DNA from: a virus
Taxonomy: Duplodnaviria; Caudoviricetes
Length of the DNA: 26,305 nucleotides
Reading direction: 5' to 3' (one strand)
Virus record (IMG/VR): IMGVR_UViG_3300029183_000039
Coordinates: 1-26,305 of that record
Both the position numbers and the translations under genes were made by a program. Below the pieces are notes generated by a model that made no database searches, had not been told where the DNA came from, and saw only the letters and a list, made by a program, of their open reading frames with translations. Positions 1-8,788 of this stretch are shown here, in pieces. Position 1 is the first letter of the stretch; every line of letters begins with the position of its first letter.

Positions 1-126
1 TGCAGTATTAAATTCAGCAGTAGTACCAGTTATAGTATTATCAGTAAGACTAATAGTCTTATTAGTAAAGGTTACTGTATCGCTAGCACCGATACCTGCT
101 CCGCCTGCTCGTGAATATTGACCCAT
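1..126 (-). CDS. Partial ORF (runs off left edge); probable virion/tail-fibre-like protein
   Basis: Manual translation MGQYSRAGGAGIGASDTVTFTNKTISLTDNTITGTTAEFNTA; GGAGG RBS upstream; Thr-rich fibre-like sequence. Confidence 0.6.
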   Translation of the reverse strand, partial: MGQYSRAGGAGIGASDTVTFTNKTISLTDNTITGTTAEFNTA

Positions 127-127
127 A

Positions 128-409
128 CTAGCCCTCCTGGAACGCTAAAGTTGATGTTTGCCCTGAAGTACAAATAACGGATAATCTACTGGTAACTACA
201 GAACAATCAAGAAGTAAGACATCTCCTGCTCCCATTTTAAATCCACCTGTCGTCGCTACTGCAGTCGTACCAAAAGAATACCAAACATCATTACTTCCTA
301 TATTTTGCATAAGTATAAATTTACGATCACTATCTGAACTTAATGCATCACTAGCTGTTTGAGTTACCCCGGCAGTACTAAATACTTTTTCATCATCAAA
401 ACTTGCCAT
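128..409 (-). CDS. Small beta-rich putative virion protein
   Basis: 93 aa in the structural operon, coupled to neighbours. Confidence 0.55.
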   Translation of the reverse strand: MASFDDEKVFSTAGVTQTASDALSSDSDRKFILMQNIGSNDVWYSFGTTAVATTGGFKMGAGDVLLLDCSVVTSRLSVICTSGQTSTLAFQEG

Positions 410-741
410 TAACTTATTTCCTCGTTTTCGAAATCATTTAATTCTATTTCAACTAATTTGCTTTTACACATATTAATCAGTTCTTCCCAATCCTGTTTCT
501 CAGGTCTATCTGGATAGATGACATGGAAATGAGGACCTTTACTTGCAGGAGTCCCATTATGAAAATGAGGTATATCTCCTGGTTTATGAGTTAGATTTTT
601 TCGTTGAACATCGTAATGTTTAAATCCTACTCTCTTCATATATCTATATAATTTAGTTGCAGCTTCTTCCATCTCTTTATGAGACTCGAAGTATAAGGTT
701 ATAAAGTCATAACCACTTTCTAAATTATTTATTCTATACAT
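409..741 (-). CDS. Hypothetical protein with two PHFH motifs
   Basis: 110 aa, GAGG RBS, stop overlaps next start; charged composition unlike Thr/Ala-rich neighbours. Confidence 0.6.
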   Translation of the reverse strand: MYRINNLESGYDFITLYFESHKEMEEAATKLYRYMKRVGFKHYDVQRKNLTHKPGDIPHFHNGTPASKGPHFHVIYPDRPEKQDWEELINMCKSKLVEIELNDFENEEIS

Positions 742-758
742 AATAATCCTCTTAGTAG

Positions 759-778
759 TGAGGCCCCGAAGAGCCTCA
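759..778 (-). terminator. cUUCGg hairpin after capsid/decoration genes (terminator or mRNA-stabilising stem)
   Basis: Minus strand TGAGGCTC-TTCG-GGGCCTCA; no U-tract follows. Confidence 0.55.
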
Positions 779-791
779 AGGTCTAAAAAGA

Positions 792-1328
792 CTAGATGTA
801 ATCTACGCGAGTAACAAGATCACCTGCAGCAGCTGTTGCAGCAGCAGTTGTCAAGTCATATATCACGTAAAATATCCCGCCTGGATCAGTAGTCAGACCA
901 GCTACTTCCCAAGCTTCTTTAGTAACATCTACAATGTCATCAGCTTCGAAACGAAGTGAAGTCCAAGTAGTTGTTGCAGCTTGAAGTGTAGTAGCGGCTG
1001 TAGCGAAACAGTCAGCATCAATAACAGTACCGGAAGTATTGCCATCTTTCTTTTGTGTACCACCGATACCACTATAGGCTAGGCCTACGTTAGTAGCTAA
1101 TGTAGGACACGCATCAGAGTCTAGATCGTCATTAAGTACCATTACATCTAATATAACTGCATTAGATGGGATTGGGCACATAAGAATGTTATCGTCTGCG
1201 TTATCTACACCAGTAGTAGCCAAAGCTATCTTATCGATGTGAGTTTTTACTCTTCCTTTCTTTCTATCAAGAGTAGTAGGAGGAGTAGATTCAACGTTAG
1301 TAACGTTTGTTGATTTTACAGTTGCCAT
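792..1328 (-). CDS. Putative capsid decoration/cement protein
   Basis: Directly downstream of the capsid gene, 178 aa, beta-rich with IPSNAVILDV segment and C-terminal VDY. Confidence 0.6.
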   Translation of the reverse strand: MATVKSTNVTNVESTPPTTLDRKKGRVKTHIDKIALATTGVDNADDNILMCPIPSNAVILDVMVLNDDLDSDACPTLATNVGLAYSGIGGTQKKDGNTSGTVIDADCFATAATTLQAATTTWTSLRFEADDIVDVTKEAWEVAGLTTDPGGIFYVIYDLTTAAATAAAGDLVTRVDYI

Positions 1329-1381
1329 AATAATTTTCCTCTATTTAGGATAGGCTTTATTATTACCTATCGGATTAAAGT

Positions 1382-2254
1382 TTATTGATAAAGAATGTCT
1401 ACTACAGTGTCTTCTTCCATACGTACAGCACCATACTGCATGTAAGTAGAGACCTGTTGTGCGAAATTCAAGTCAGCACGTTCTGCTGTTTTAACGTCCA
1501 TATCTTTATTCATTGCTACACGAACAGTGTCGTCAGTATACAATAAACCACGATAAGTAGTATCAGCAGTCTCATCAGTAATACGTTGCGTACGGATGAT
1601 ATTTACGCCTCGGAAAGATGGAAGACTTCCTGTAGAAAGTACTTTTCCGTCTTGGTAATCGAAACTAGTGATTTGATTAGTAGTGTCACCTAATAGATCT
1701 TCTACTGCACGAGCACCGATTGCAAGGTATAATTTTTCACCGTCAACATCAACATCGTTACCTTCTAAGATTCTTAATGCTTGGTTAAACTTAGCTACTG
1801 TAAAACCAGTAGATCCATGAGCGATCTGTTGGTTAGAAGTATCAAAAGCTTGTGAACCAGAACCATCAGCACCTGTAGAAGCTGTGCCAAGCATAGCGTC
1901 AATGATGATATCATCTAACTTACGTCCATGAGCACGTGCAAGCTTAATAGCGTAATCGCTAGTTGGGTCTACCAACATTTTAAGTTTGTCCATGTCATCA
2001 AGATAAGTAGAAGCATCATATCTGCGAACACTCGCCATACGTCTACTGTGAGCTGGATCTTGAAGAGATGTAGTCTCAAGTCTAGACGTAATTTCGCTTG
2101 CTTCGAAGGAACCTAGTCTATCCATGAAATGTTTCTCACCTTTAGCCATCTCTACTTTCACAGAAGGACGTAGCTTTGAACCTTTTTGTTCTACTAGGCT
2201 GTGAAGGTTATCTGAGAATTGGCTAATAAAAGCTGTATTAATAGTTGCAGCCAT
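1382..2254 (-). CDS. Major capsid protein (BPP-1/T7-like podovirus type)
   Basis: FISQF..N...LVEQKGSKLR, HSRR, DKLKMLVDP.S.Y, GRK.DD.II, C-terminal GAVRMEE..VV; follows the scaffold gene. Confidence 0.9.
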   Translation of the reverse strand: MAATINTAFISQFSDNLHSLVEQKGSKLRPSVKVEMAKGEKHFMDRLGSFEASEITSRLETTSLQDPAHSRRMASVRRYDASTYLDDMDKLKMLVDPTSDYAIKLARAHGRKLDDIIIDAMLGTASTGADGSGSQAFDTSNQQIAHGSTGFTVAKFNQALRILEGNDVDVDGEKLYLAIGARAVEDLLGDTTNQITSFDYQDGKVLSTGSLPSFRGVNIIRTQRITDETADTTYRGLLYTDDTVRVAMNKDMDVKTAERADLNFAQQVSTYMQYGAVRMEEDTVVDILYQ

Positions 2255-2298
2255 TATAGTTCTCCTATAATTGTTGTTAAAAGTTACACAGTTTTTCG

Positions 2299-2398
2299 AA
2301 CGACTTGTCGCTTAATAGCGGGCCTTTGTTCTGAGCTGTATCGTAGCCTATACGACGATTAAATACTTAATAGGGACATCGTCATCTTGTCTATTAAG
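2299..2398 (-). promoter_or_regulatory. Structured leader upstream of the capsid gene (three stem-loops)
   Basis: CTTAATAG..GACA/TGTC..CTATTAAG (2367-2398), TCGTA/TACGA (2341-2355), CGCT/AGCG (2309-2320). Confidence 0.45.
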
Positions 2399-2430
2399 AA
2401 TGTCTATAATATAGCCTGTTCAACAGTTTT

Positions 2431-3363
2431 TTAAGACTGCTGTCCGTTTGCTATAGCATATAATTTCTGAAGGTCATCTACAGCCTTTCTATGGCCAGGA
2501 TGAGTTTCATCTTGATAAGCTTCTAAAAAGCCTCTATCAGCTCTCTTCTCAGCTATCTTATCTGTAGCTTGTTCAGGAGTCATACCAAATGTTGCTTTAC
2601 TCATACCTTCATGTCCTTTCTCTTGATAAGATTGAGCTAATTCTGCAAACATATGCATCAATACAGGATTATATCCACTTTGACCACATAAAGAATTAAC
2701 GTCATCTCCATATTTCTTTTCTAGCTTAGAGATCATCATCTTAGCGGCTTCTGCTCTATTCTCATAGTCAGTGCCCCACATCTCTTTAAGCTTTTTAGAT
2801 CCTTCTTCGTATTCTACTGTTTTAGCTTCAATGCCTTTCTCTACTGCATCCATACGCATCTTAACTAGAGCATTAGCTTGCTCGTTAGTAAGTCCTGCTT
2901 CGTGAGCAATAGATTTAAAGTCGTCAAGCTCATCATGAATACTGGGCATATCTTTTAGAATTTCTTCTTTTAAAGATTCTTCAAAAGAATAGTCTTCAGA
3001 TTTTTCTGGTCGTCCTAACTTCTCTAGAAATTTATCATCAGATTTAACAAGCACTCCATCTATGTCTTTTAGCTTATTAAGAAAGTCTTCCTTTGCTTCT
3101 GGAGATGCATCTTCGGAAGGTATACGAACAGAGTTACCTTGTAACTTCTCTAAGTTCATATAACTTTTTAAAGCATCATCAGCTGATTTAAATCCTTTAC
3201 TTTCTACTAATGTTGAGTAGTCATCTGAGTACCAAGTTTCATTGGTAACTGCTGGACTAGCTTCTTGAGTTGTGGAAGCTTCAGTTTGTGCCGGTGCTTC
3301 TGTTGCTTCAGAAGTAGGCACAGTTTCTTCAGTTCCTGCGTTATCTACTATTGTTTCACTCAT
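2431..3363 (-). CDS. Capsid scaffolding protein
   Basis: Acidic helical protein with LKSY.NLEKL.G, KLGRPE...DY, GLT.EQA, LK..WG..YE and H..H..AV motifs; between portal and capsid. Confidence 0.85.
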   Translation of the reverse strand: MSETIVDNAGTEETVPTSEATEAPAQTEASTTQEASPAVTNETWYSDDYSTLVESKGFKSADDALKSYMNLEKLQGNSVRIPSEDASPEAKEDFLNKLKDIDGVLVKSDDKFLEKLGRPEKSEDYSFEESLKEEILKDMPSIHDELDDFKSIAHEAGLTNEQANALVKMRMDAVEKGIEAKTVEYEEGSKKLKEMWGTDYENRAEAAKMMISKLEKKYGDDVNSLCGQSGYNPVLMHMFAELAQSYQEKGHEGMSKATFGMTPEQATDKIAEKRADRGFLEAYQDETHPGHRKAVDDLQKLYAIANGQQS

Positions 3364-3365
3364 AG

Positions 3366-3623
3366 TTATTCTCCAGTTTGGGTTTTATATTCAGGGATAT
3401 CACATTTAATATCTCTAAGTAATCCTTGTACAAATTCTTTTTGACCTAATTTGTAGTATGTTAATTCAGAAGTAGAATCTACCGCTGGGGTATCTACATA
3501 AGCTTCTTCTAGAAATTCTATAACTGCATCCCCATTAGGACCTTTAAATATCTCTTTTAGAGCCTTTCTGAATTTAACCACTCTTTCAAGTGCGTCGTTT
3601 TGATTTTCCATTGTTTCCTCCAA
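3366..3623 (-). CDS. Small head-module protein (Bbp19-like)
   Basis: IF.GP.G..V..FL and Y..GQ...V pattern between portal and scaffold. Confidence 0.65.
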   Translation of the reverse strand: MEETMENQNDALERVVKFRKALKEIFKGPNGDAVIEFLEEAYVDTPAVDSTSELTYYKLGQKEFVQGLLRDIKCDIPEYKTQTGE

Positions 3624-3629
3624 TAGTTG

Positions 3630-5288
3630 TTATAAACCTGTTTCACCGCCAGTATCTAGCTTACTACTAACATCTGCTGCTTTTACGGCAGAGTCAAGAG
3701 CTTGAGTCTGTTGAGCTTGTTGAGCTCGCTGTTGTCTGATTTGCTCGATATCATCTTGATTAGCTACAGCTATTTCAGGTACACCGAGTACTTTAGCTGT
3801 ATGTCTAGCTATTCCGTCTGCATCTAAGTTATCGATTACAGAAGGATCTAATTGAGCAATAAGTCCTAATCCTTGTACCCATTGTTGAATAGTAGATACG
3901 TCTTGAACTTGTTGAGCTCGAGCCAATTGGTTGACGAATATGATCTCTACATTTACATCTACACCTTGTAAGGTTTCAGGTAATGGAGGTAATCTATTTG
4001 CTCTAAGTAATATTCTAAAACAACGAACTATTAATGGATTTAAGAGTTCATTATTCAGTCGAGATAATGTAGGACCTAATACTCTATCCATTTCTTCAGT
4101 ACGTCTAGCTACTTCAAAAGCTGTCATTTCACCTATTTCATTTCTAGGAGGCAGAAGCAATTTATCTAGATAAAAGATAGTTCGGATAGAAGACTTCAAT
4201 TCTTCAACACTAATCTGAACATCTTGAGAATTTGATTGAGTCGTAAACTCTCGTATACCATTAACGTCTCTTACTACTGAGATTCCATATGGACGTACAT
4301 CTAACGTTCCCAAAATATCTCTTTGATTCGCTAGAATCGGAGGAGCAATTTTACGATCTAAAACTTGAAGACTACGATGGACTACTTGATTCAAAGTACG
4401 AGTATCCGGTAACGCTAAGTGGCCTGGTCCTCGTCCATAAACTTCACCTGGCATTAAACCCCAACGAGGAATAAATACAGGCATCTCATAGTAACCAGTT
4501 TCCTCTATAGTAACATGGTGACTTGTATCTACATAAATACTAGCTATAGGTCTTTTATCTCCAGGAGCTAATCCCATGTCATTAAGTCTAACCTCTTCAG
4601 GCTTTCTAGGAGTAATACAATGAAGTATTGTAAATTCTTTAGTAGGATCTTTCTCTAAAGCTTCCATAATATCTGGATGAACTTTAGCTTCCCATTTTTC
4701 GACCATTTGTTTAGCTGTCATAGTAAACTTACGATAAACAGTATCAACCTTTCCGTCTTTATCTTGAGTCCAAACTACTTGACCTAAATGTAAAGATGTG
4801 AATCTAAAACCATCAGTATCATCAGATTCAAGAAACATAGGACCATTAGCTAAAGTAACAAAAGATTGATAGGTCTTCCCTATCTCACCCTTAAAGTTAG
4901 ATTCGTTTAAAGTTTCATGGATAACTCTATTGACATCTTCTAACCATTTAATAGCTTGATCGTTATTATTGAGTTCGTCATCTTGGAATCTTAATTTAGA
5001 CCACATAGTTGCTGGATTAGTCAAAGTGCCTTGAATAGCTGCCGCTAAATCTCTAGCGGCTATCATAGCTGTAGAATCAAATACACGTCTAGTTTGTTTT
5101 GCTCCTCGGGCAGAACTTAATTCGTTACCTAAGTCGGTAGTGGAAGACGCTACGGTTCTAAATAGGGTATGTTGGTTATTTAACATAAACTCGGTTAGCT
5201 CATCCCAAGTAGATTCGTTATTATAACGTTCCGAAGACGTAAATAGATCGTCTGCTCTTCCCACTAAAGTTTTTGGATCTATTGGCAT
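3630..5288 (-). CDS. Portal (head-tail connector), T7 gp8/BPP-1 family
   Basis: FDSTA..A...LAA.I.G.LT.P, P..RW....GEVYGRGP...ALPD, MTA.EV..R.EE...LGP...RL..E.L.PL. Confidence 0.93.
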   Translation of the reverse strand: MPIDPKTLVGRADDLFTSSERYNNESTWDELTEFMLNNQHTLFRTVASSTTDLGNELSSARGAKQTRRVFDSTAMIAARDLAAAIQGTLTNPATMWSKLRFQDDELNNNDQAIKWLEDVNRVIHETLNESNFKGEIGKTYQSFVTLANGPMFLESDDTDGFRFTSLHLGQVVWTQDKDGKVDTVYRKFTMTAKQMVEKWEAKVHPDIMEALEKDPTKEFTILHCITPRKPEEVRLNDMGLAPGDKRPIASIYVDTSHHVTIEETGYYEMPVFIPRWGLMPGEVYGRGPGHLALPDTRTLNQVVHRSLQVLDRKIAPPILANQRDILGTLDVRPYGISVVRDVNGIREFTTQSNSQDVQISVEELKSSIRTIFYLDKLLLPPRNEIGEMTAFEVARRTEEMDRVLGPTLSRLNNELLNPLIVRCFRILLRANRLPPLPETLQGVDVNVEIIFVNQLARAQQVQDVSTIQQWVQGLGLIAQLDPSVIDNLDADGIARHTAKVLGVPEIAVANQDDIEQIRQQRAQQAQQTQALDSAVKAADVSSKLDTGGETGL

Positions 5289-5291
5289 CTT

Positions 5292-5615
5292 CTATTCTCC
5301 TAATAGTGATTTTGTAAAGATCGACGAAGTATCATCAGCCTGTTGACTCAACGCAAACAAAGAAGCTTGATCAGTAGCTCTACGTCTACGAGTCGCTCTT
5401 GCTTCAACAGCGCCGACCTCGACTTCTGGAGGAGGAGCTACATCTGCAGGAGTTGCTGGAGTTGGAGTTTCAGGGACCTCTGCTAATTCTGGAGGTGCAG
5501 GAGGGGGTGTAGGGCTTGGTACTGAACTAACTAATGTTCGGCCACTAGAACCGCTGCTTGCGGCTGCTAATCCGCCTGCTGTTGCTAATCCAATAATTGC
5601 TGGTAATGCTGCCAT
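5292..5615 (-). CDS. Pro/Ala-rich small virion-associated protein upstream of the portal
   Basis: Gly/Ala N-terminus, Pro-rich linker, RRRR patch, C-terminal KSLLG. Confidence 0.6.
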   Translation of the reverse strand: MAALPAIIGLATAGGLAAASSGSSGRTLVSSVPSPTPPPAPPELAEVPETPTPATPADVAPPPEVEVGAVEARATRRRRATDQASLFALSQQADDTSSIFTKSLLGE

Positions 5616-5619
5616 AGGT

Positions 5620-5862
5620 CTATCCTCTAAAAGTATCTAATTTCGGCTGTTTGCCTGCTTTAATTCTATAATGATTCTCAATTCGATTGAAAATACAGTA
5701 GGTACCTCCTAATATCGGAGATACTAATAATGTTATCATGGGCATCCAAATGTAGATAGGCATATTTACAATGAGTAAGGGTATTGAGATAACATTTATC
5801 ATAATTACTGTAATATGTGTTACGAAAATTATTCTAGATATATAGTAATATAATACCAACAT
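5620..5862 (-). CDS. Small membrane protein (DUF2784-like)
   Basis: Two hydrophobic helices then C.FN.IEN.YR..AG. Confidence 0.5.
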   Translation of the reverse strand: MLVLYYYISRIIFVTHITVIMINVISIPLLIVNMPIYIWMPMITLLVSPILGGTYCIFNRIENHYRIKAGKQPKLDTFRG

Positions 5863-5995
5863 ACATTCCTAACCCGACGCTCAGTACTCGTAACCTCTCG
5901 GCTAGTGAGATACCAGCGACTTCACTAATATATAGGGCCCCTACGATAATCAATACTAATAGGTACAGACCCGCCACTAAATTACTCAAAAGCAT
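5834..5995 (-). CDS. Unannotated 53-aa two-TM protein
   Basis: Manual translation MLLSNLVAGLYLLVLIIVGALYISEVAGISLAERLRVLSVGLGMYVGIILLYI; fills the gap after terL. Confidence 0.45.
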   Translation of the reverse strand: MLLSNLVAGLYLLVLIIVGALYISEVAGISLAERLRVLSVGLGMYVGIILLYI

Positions 5996-7346
5996 CATAA
6001 TCTGAGATCACCTGTATATCATTCTGAGCGTAAAAACCATCATTCCTAATATCTTCAGATATAGCCTCCATCCGTAGGGCATCTGCTGCATGGGAATTGC
6101 CGTCATGGACAGGCTCTTTTAAGAAGACTGCTCGCTTCTTATCCCATCGTCTATGATATAATTCCAATTTCTTTAGGCCATCCTCACATTTTCCAGCATC
6201 GAAATAATATCTAGAGAATCTACCTCTCACAGCATTTATCCCGTCTTGGACTCCCAATCTCTCTAATACCCAGACATCAGAAGATAGTTGAGTCTGTCTT
6301 AATAGATCTTCAAACATTTGAGCTGTTGAAGTGCCAGTCTGTATGGATCTCTGTTGAGCGTCATGAGGTAGATAATGAGTACCATAATTATATCCTTTAT
6401 TTTCTAACATCTTAACATATTCTTGAAGACTTTTACCGCTACCTTCATAATAATCTATCAGCATTATCTTATTATTTAATTTTTGCCTAAACCATACTGC
6501 TGTGGAATCGTCTACCCCTAAATCCCAAAAGGTATCCACTTTCAATGTATCATCATAAGCTAAACTAGTTATCCTTCCTTCAGTATGAGCTTTATCTATA
6601 TTATCCATATAGAAGGAACCTTTCATACCTGTAGAGAATGAACATCCATACTCTCGTTCAACATCCTCTTGAGATAATCCTTCTTCTTCTATGATATGAG
6701 GGAAATCCTCCTCTTTAATTAATCCTGAGTATCCAGGATCTTTTCTCTTATAAGTTTGTAAATGAGAAGCAAACCATCTAGGAGAGTTATACACATTCTG
6801 CCATAACTCATAAAAATGATTACGACCATTAGGAGTTGAATTGAATATAACCCAACCATCGGATTCTCTTAATGCAGGTATCATAGTTTTATATGATTCT
6901 GGATCGGAGAATGCAAATTCTGAAAAAACAGCTCCTTTACATGCAATACCACGAATACTGTTAGGGTCCTTATCGTAACCTAGTACTCTAAGTGTCGATC
7001 CGTTAACCATCTCGATTAACATTTCTTGGTTATTAATTCGTTTTATATATTCTCTTGGAAGATGATCTAATAGTTTAAATCCTGATCCATCAATATTCTC
7101 CCAAAGGGCTTGTCGAGCCATGGTCTTGGTAGGGAACACATAGAAGTAGTTACCAGGGACTTGAGCTGCTTCTTTGAGAAGATAGCACCAACAACACTTA
7201 TCTTTACCGGCCCGACGATGCCACCGTAAAATTGCTCTTCGTTTTTTAGTATCAGGTTGTCCTATCACTCCATCCATAGCTTTAAATAGCTCTAGCTGAT
7301 AAGGCCTAGGATTGAAATTATAGGGTATAGTTATACTATCAGACAT
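5982..7346 (-). CDS. terL: Terminase large subunit
   Basis: PRPYQ, Walker A variant WHRRAGKD, Walker B variant AVFSE, STPNG.NHFY, nuclease WDLG.DD.T and H.ADALR. Confidence 0.93.
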   Translation of the reverse strand: MSDSITIPYNFNPRPYQLELFKAMDGVIGQPDTKKRRAILRWHRRAGKDKCCWCYLLKEAAQVPGNYFYVFPTKTMARQALWENIDGSGFKLLDHLPREYIKRINNQEMLIEMVNGSTLRVLGYDKDPNSIRGIACKGAVFSEFAFSDPESYKTMIPALRESDGWVIFNSTPNGRNHFYELWQNVYNSPRWFASHLQTYKRKDPGYSGLIKEEDFPHIIEEEGLSQEDVEREYGCSFSTGMKGSFYMDNIDKAHTEGRITSLAYDDTLKVDTFWDLGVDDSTAVWFRQKLNNKIMLIDYYEGSGKSLQEYVKMLENKGYNYGTHYLPHDAQQRSIQTGTSTAQMFEDLLRQTQLSSDVWVLERLGVQDGINAVRGRFSRYYFDAGKCEDGLKKLELYHRRWDKKRAVFLKEPVHDGNSHAADALRMEAISEDIRNDGFYAQNDIQVISDYDAFE

Positions 7347-7437
7347 TAGAACCTACATGATTTAAAATAAACATAACATCATCAATTGGATGAGTCAATG
7401 CTTGCAGTATTAATTTATTAAAAGGATTAACCGGCAT
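7339..7437 (-). CDS. Unannotated 32-aa ORF
   Basis: MPVNPFNKLILQALTHPIDDVMFILNHVGSNV; GGAGG RBS; overlaps both neighbours. Confidence 0.4.
   Translation of the reverse strand: MPVNPFNKLILQALTHPIDDVMFILNHVGSNV
7370..7398 (-). promoter_or_regulatory. Sigma70-type promoter upstream of terL
   Basis: TTGACT-N17-TATGTT with TGn extension. Confidence 0.5.
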
Positions 7438-7618
7438 TTTTTAATTCCTCCAACCTATCTGTTAATCGTTTATTCAAAGTTTCTAAAAATTTAATTAAAG
7501 TTTCATCCTCTTCAGCGCAGGTAAAATAGATATCCAACATTTTCATCTGATCCTGCCTCATGCTATTCGTAATTATTTTCTCATCAGTCCCCATTATCGA
7601 TATCCTCCTTTCTACCAA
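7427..7618 (-). CDS. Hypothetical protein
   Basis: 63-aa ORF; real start probably the internal MGTDEK after AGGAGG. Confidence 0.55.
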   Translation of the reverse strand: MVERRISIMGTDEKIITNSMRQDQMKMLDIYFTCAEEDETLIKFLETLNKRLTDRLEELKNAG

Positions 7619-7916
7619 TTCTAGTTACTTTATATCCCCCGTCAGGCTTTTCATCGAAAATATTAATAGGGACTCTAGATTGATTTGACTCCTTACCGCT
7701 AGTCCCCTTACCTACGAATTTAGGACCTGATCCAGGAGTCGACATACCTGCAGGAAGTGAAAATGAAGGAGCCTCTAAATGAACTTGCCTAATATCTCCA
7801 TCACCACATGATTTACAAACCATGCCGTTTTCTTGGAATTCGTCATGTTCAGCAAAACTCATAATCTGAGAAAATTGCATCTCACAAGTAAAACACTTAA
7901 AATCATAAGTAGGCAT
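7584..7916 (-). CDS. FmdB-family zinc-ribbon protein
   Basis: MPTYDFKC..C ... C..CG signature. Confidence 0.8.
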   Translation of the reverse strand: MPTYDFKCFTCEMQFSQIMSFAEHDEFQENGMVCKSCGDGDIRQVHLEAPSFSLPAGMSTPGSGPKFVGKGTSGKESNQSRVPINIFDEKPDGGYKVTRIGRKEDIDNGD

Positions 7917-8204
7917 CTATTTCTCCAAATCTCTTAATAAATTTCTATATTCTGGTTTGTCAGCCTTTCCCAGTAGTTTCTTTAAAGTCTTTAATTCGAA
8001 CTCTAACTTATTGCGCTCTTCGTGCATGACCGCTATATCATCCTTATACTCCAATTTAGCTTCCATACGATTAGCCATGACTTGAGCTTCTTCTAATAAA
8101 CAGCCTAATAGTTTTACGCTACGGTCCGCTGTAACTTCATTTGTAACTTTCAGTACTTTTCTCATTTCATCAAAAACTTGACATATGGTAATTATTGGAT
8201 ACAT
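7917..8204 (-). CDS. Hypothetical coiled-coil protein
   Basis: 95 aa helical ORF directly downstream of a consensus promoter. Confidence 0.65.
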   Translation of the reverse strand: MYPIITICQVFDEMRKVLKVTNEVTADRSVKLLGCLLEEAQVMANRMEAKLEYKDDIAVMHEERNKLEFELKTLKKLLGKADKPEYRNLLRDLEK

Positions 8205-8231
8205 GTATATTCCCGAATTATATCTTTAGTC

Positions 8232-8260
8232 CTTATATGGGAATTAGAACGGAGTGTCAA
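8232..8260 (-). promoter_or_regulatory. Sigma70-type promoter reading toward terL and head genes
   Basis: TTGACA-N17-TATAAG. Confidence 0.7.
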
Positions 8261-8271
8261 CCCAGAAAGAG

Positions 8272-8308
8272 AAAAGCCCCAGCTAACCCGGCGGCTAGTG
8301 GAGCTTTT
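8272..8308. terminator. Probable bidirectional intrinsic terminator
   Basis: Minus strand AAAAGCTCCACTAGCC-GCCG-GGTTAGCTGGGGCTTTT; T-runs on both strands. Confidence 0.6.
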
Positions 8309-8385
8309 AATGATCTTTTAGACAAGATCTAAGAATCTAGTGTCCTAATATGTATAGTAAAAAGTAATTTAAAGTATATACTGTA

Positions 8386-8566
8386 TATCCCCCGACGTTA
8401 GGAGGGTACTAGACAAGGTTCTAGTAATTTATAGCCCTAATTCTTCCTTAGAGCTTTACTCTTAAGATTTAAAGGCTTAGGAGCTATCCCCCTACAGTGT
8501 ACTGTCTATCCCCGCTTCCTGGCCTTCTGGTTAGCTTATATAGCCAAAGGCTTTTTTATCCCCCGA
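8386..8566 (+). repeat. Four dispersed copies of TATCCCC(C)
   Basis: TATCCCCCGA 8386, TATCCCCCTA 8485, TATCCCCGC 8507, TATCCCCCGA 8557. Confidence 0.7.
8522..8557 (+). terminator. Plus-strand intrinsic terminator inside the non-coding gap
   Basis: GCCTT-c-TGGTTA-GCTTATA-TAGCCA-AAGGC-TTTTTT. Confidence 0.55.
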
Positions 8567-8633
8567 TTTTTCTGGAAATTTTGAGATTCAGGGTTAGAAC
8601 CGTACTGGGTAGCATATAAGGAGTAAAGTGAAA

Positions 8634-8661
8634 CCCGGGGCCCCACCCCCAATTAACCCCC
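8634..8661 (-). other. G-run tract; candidate packaging-start or terminus landmark
   Basis: Minus strand GGGGG-TTAATT-GGGGG-T-GGGG-CCCC-GGG in AT-rich DNA downstream of terS. Confidence 0.4.
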
Positions 8662-8777
8662 TATAGGTTAAATCTGACATCTACAGCGATAACCATTAGG
8701 TGTATCTACATTATAACTCTAGGAACTACACTCTTGTGGTGGAGACTCTGTATTTTAACTGGAAAATTTCTGGCAAG

Positions 8778-8788
8778 TGTGCTATAAT
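8778..8788 (+). promoter_or_regulatory. Extended -10 promoter pointing toward the 3' end of terS
   Basis: TGTGCTATAAT, same core as the early promoters; weak -35. Confidence 0.5.

Noticed and set aside
1928-4474. Plus-strand ORFs 1928-2116, 3931-4173 and 4289-4474
   Set aside because: Antisense shadows of capsid and portal genes with no motifs.
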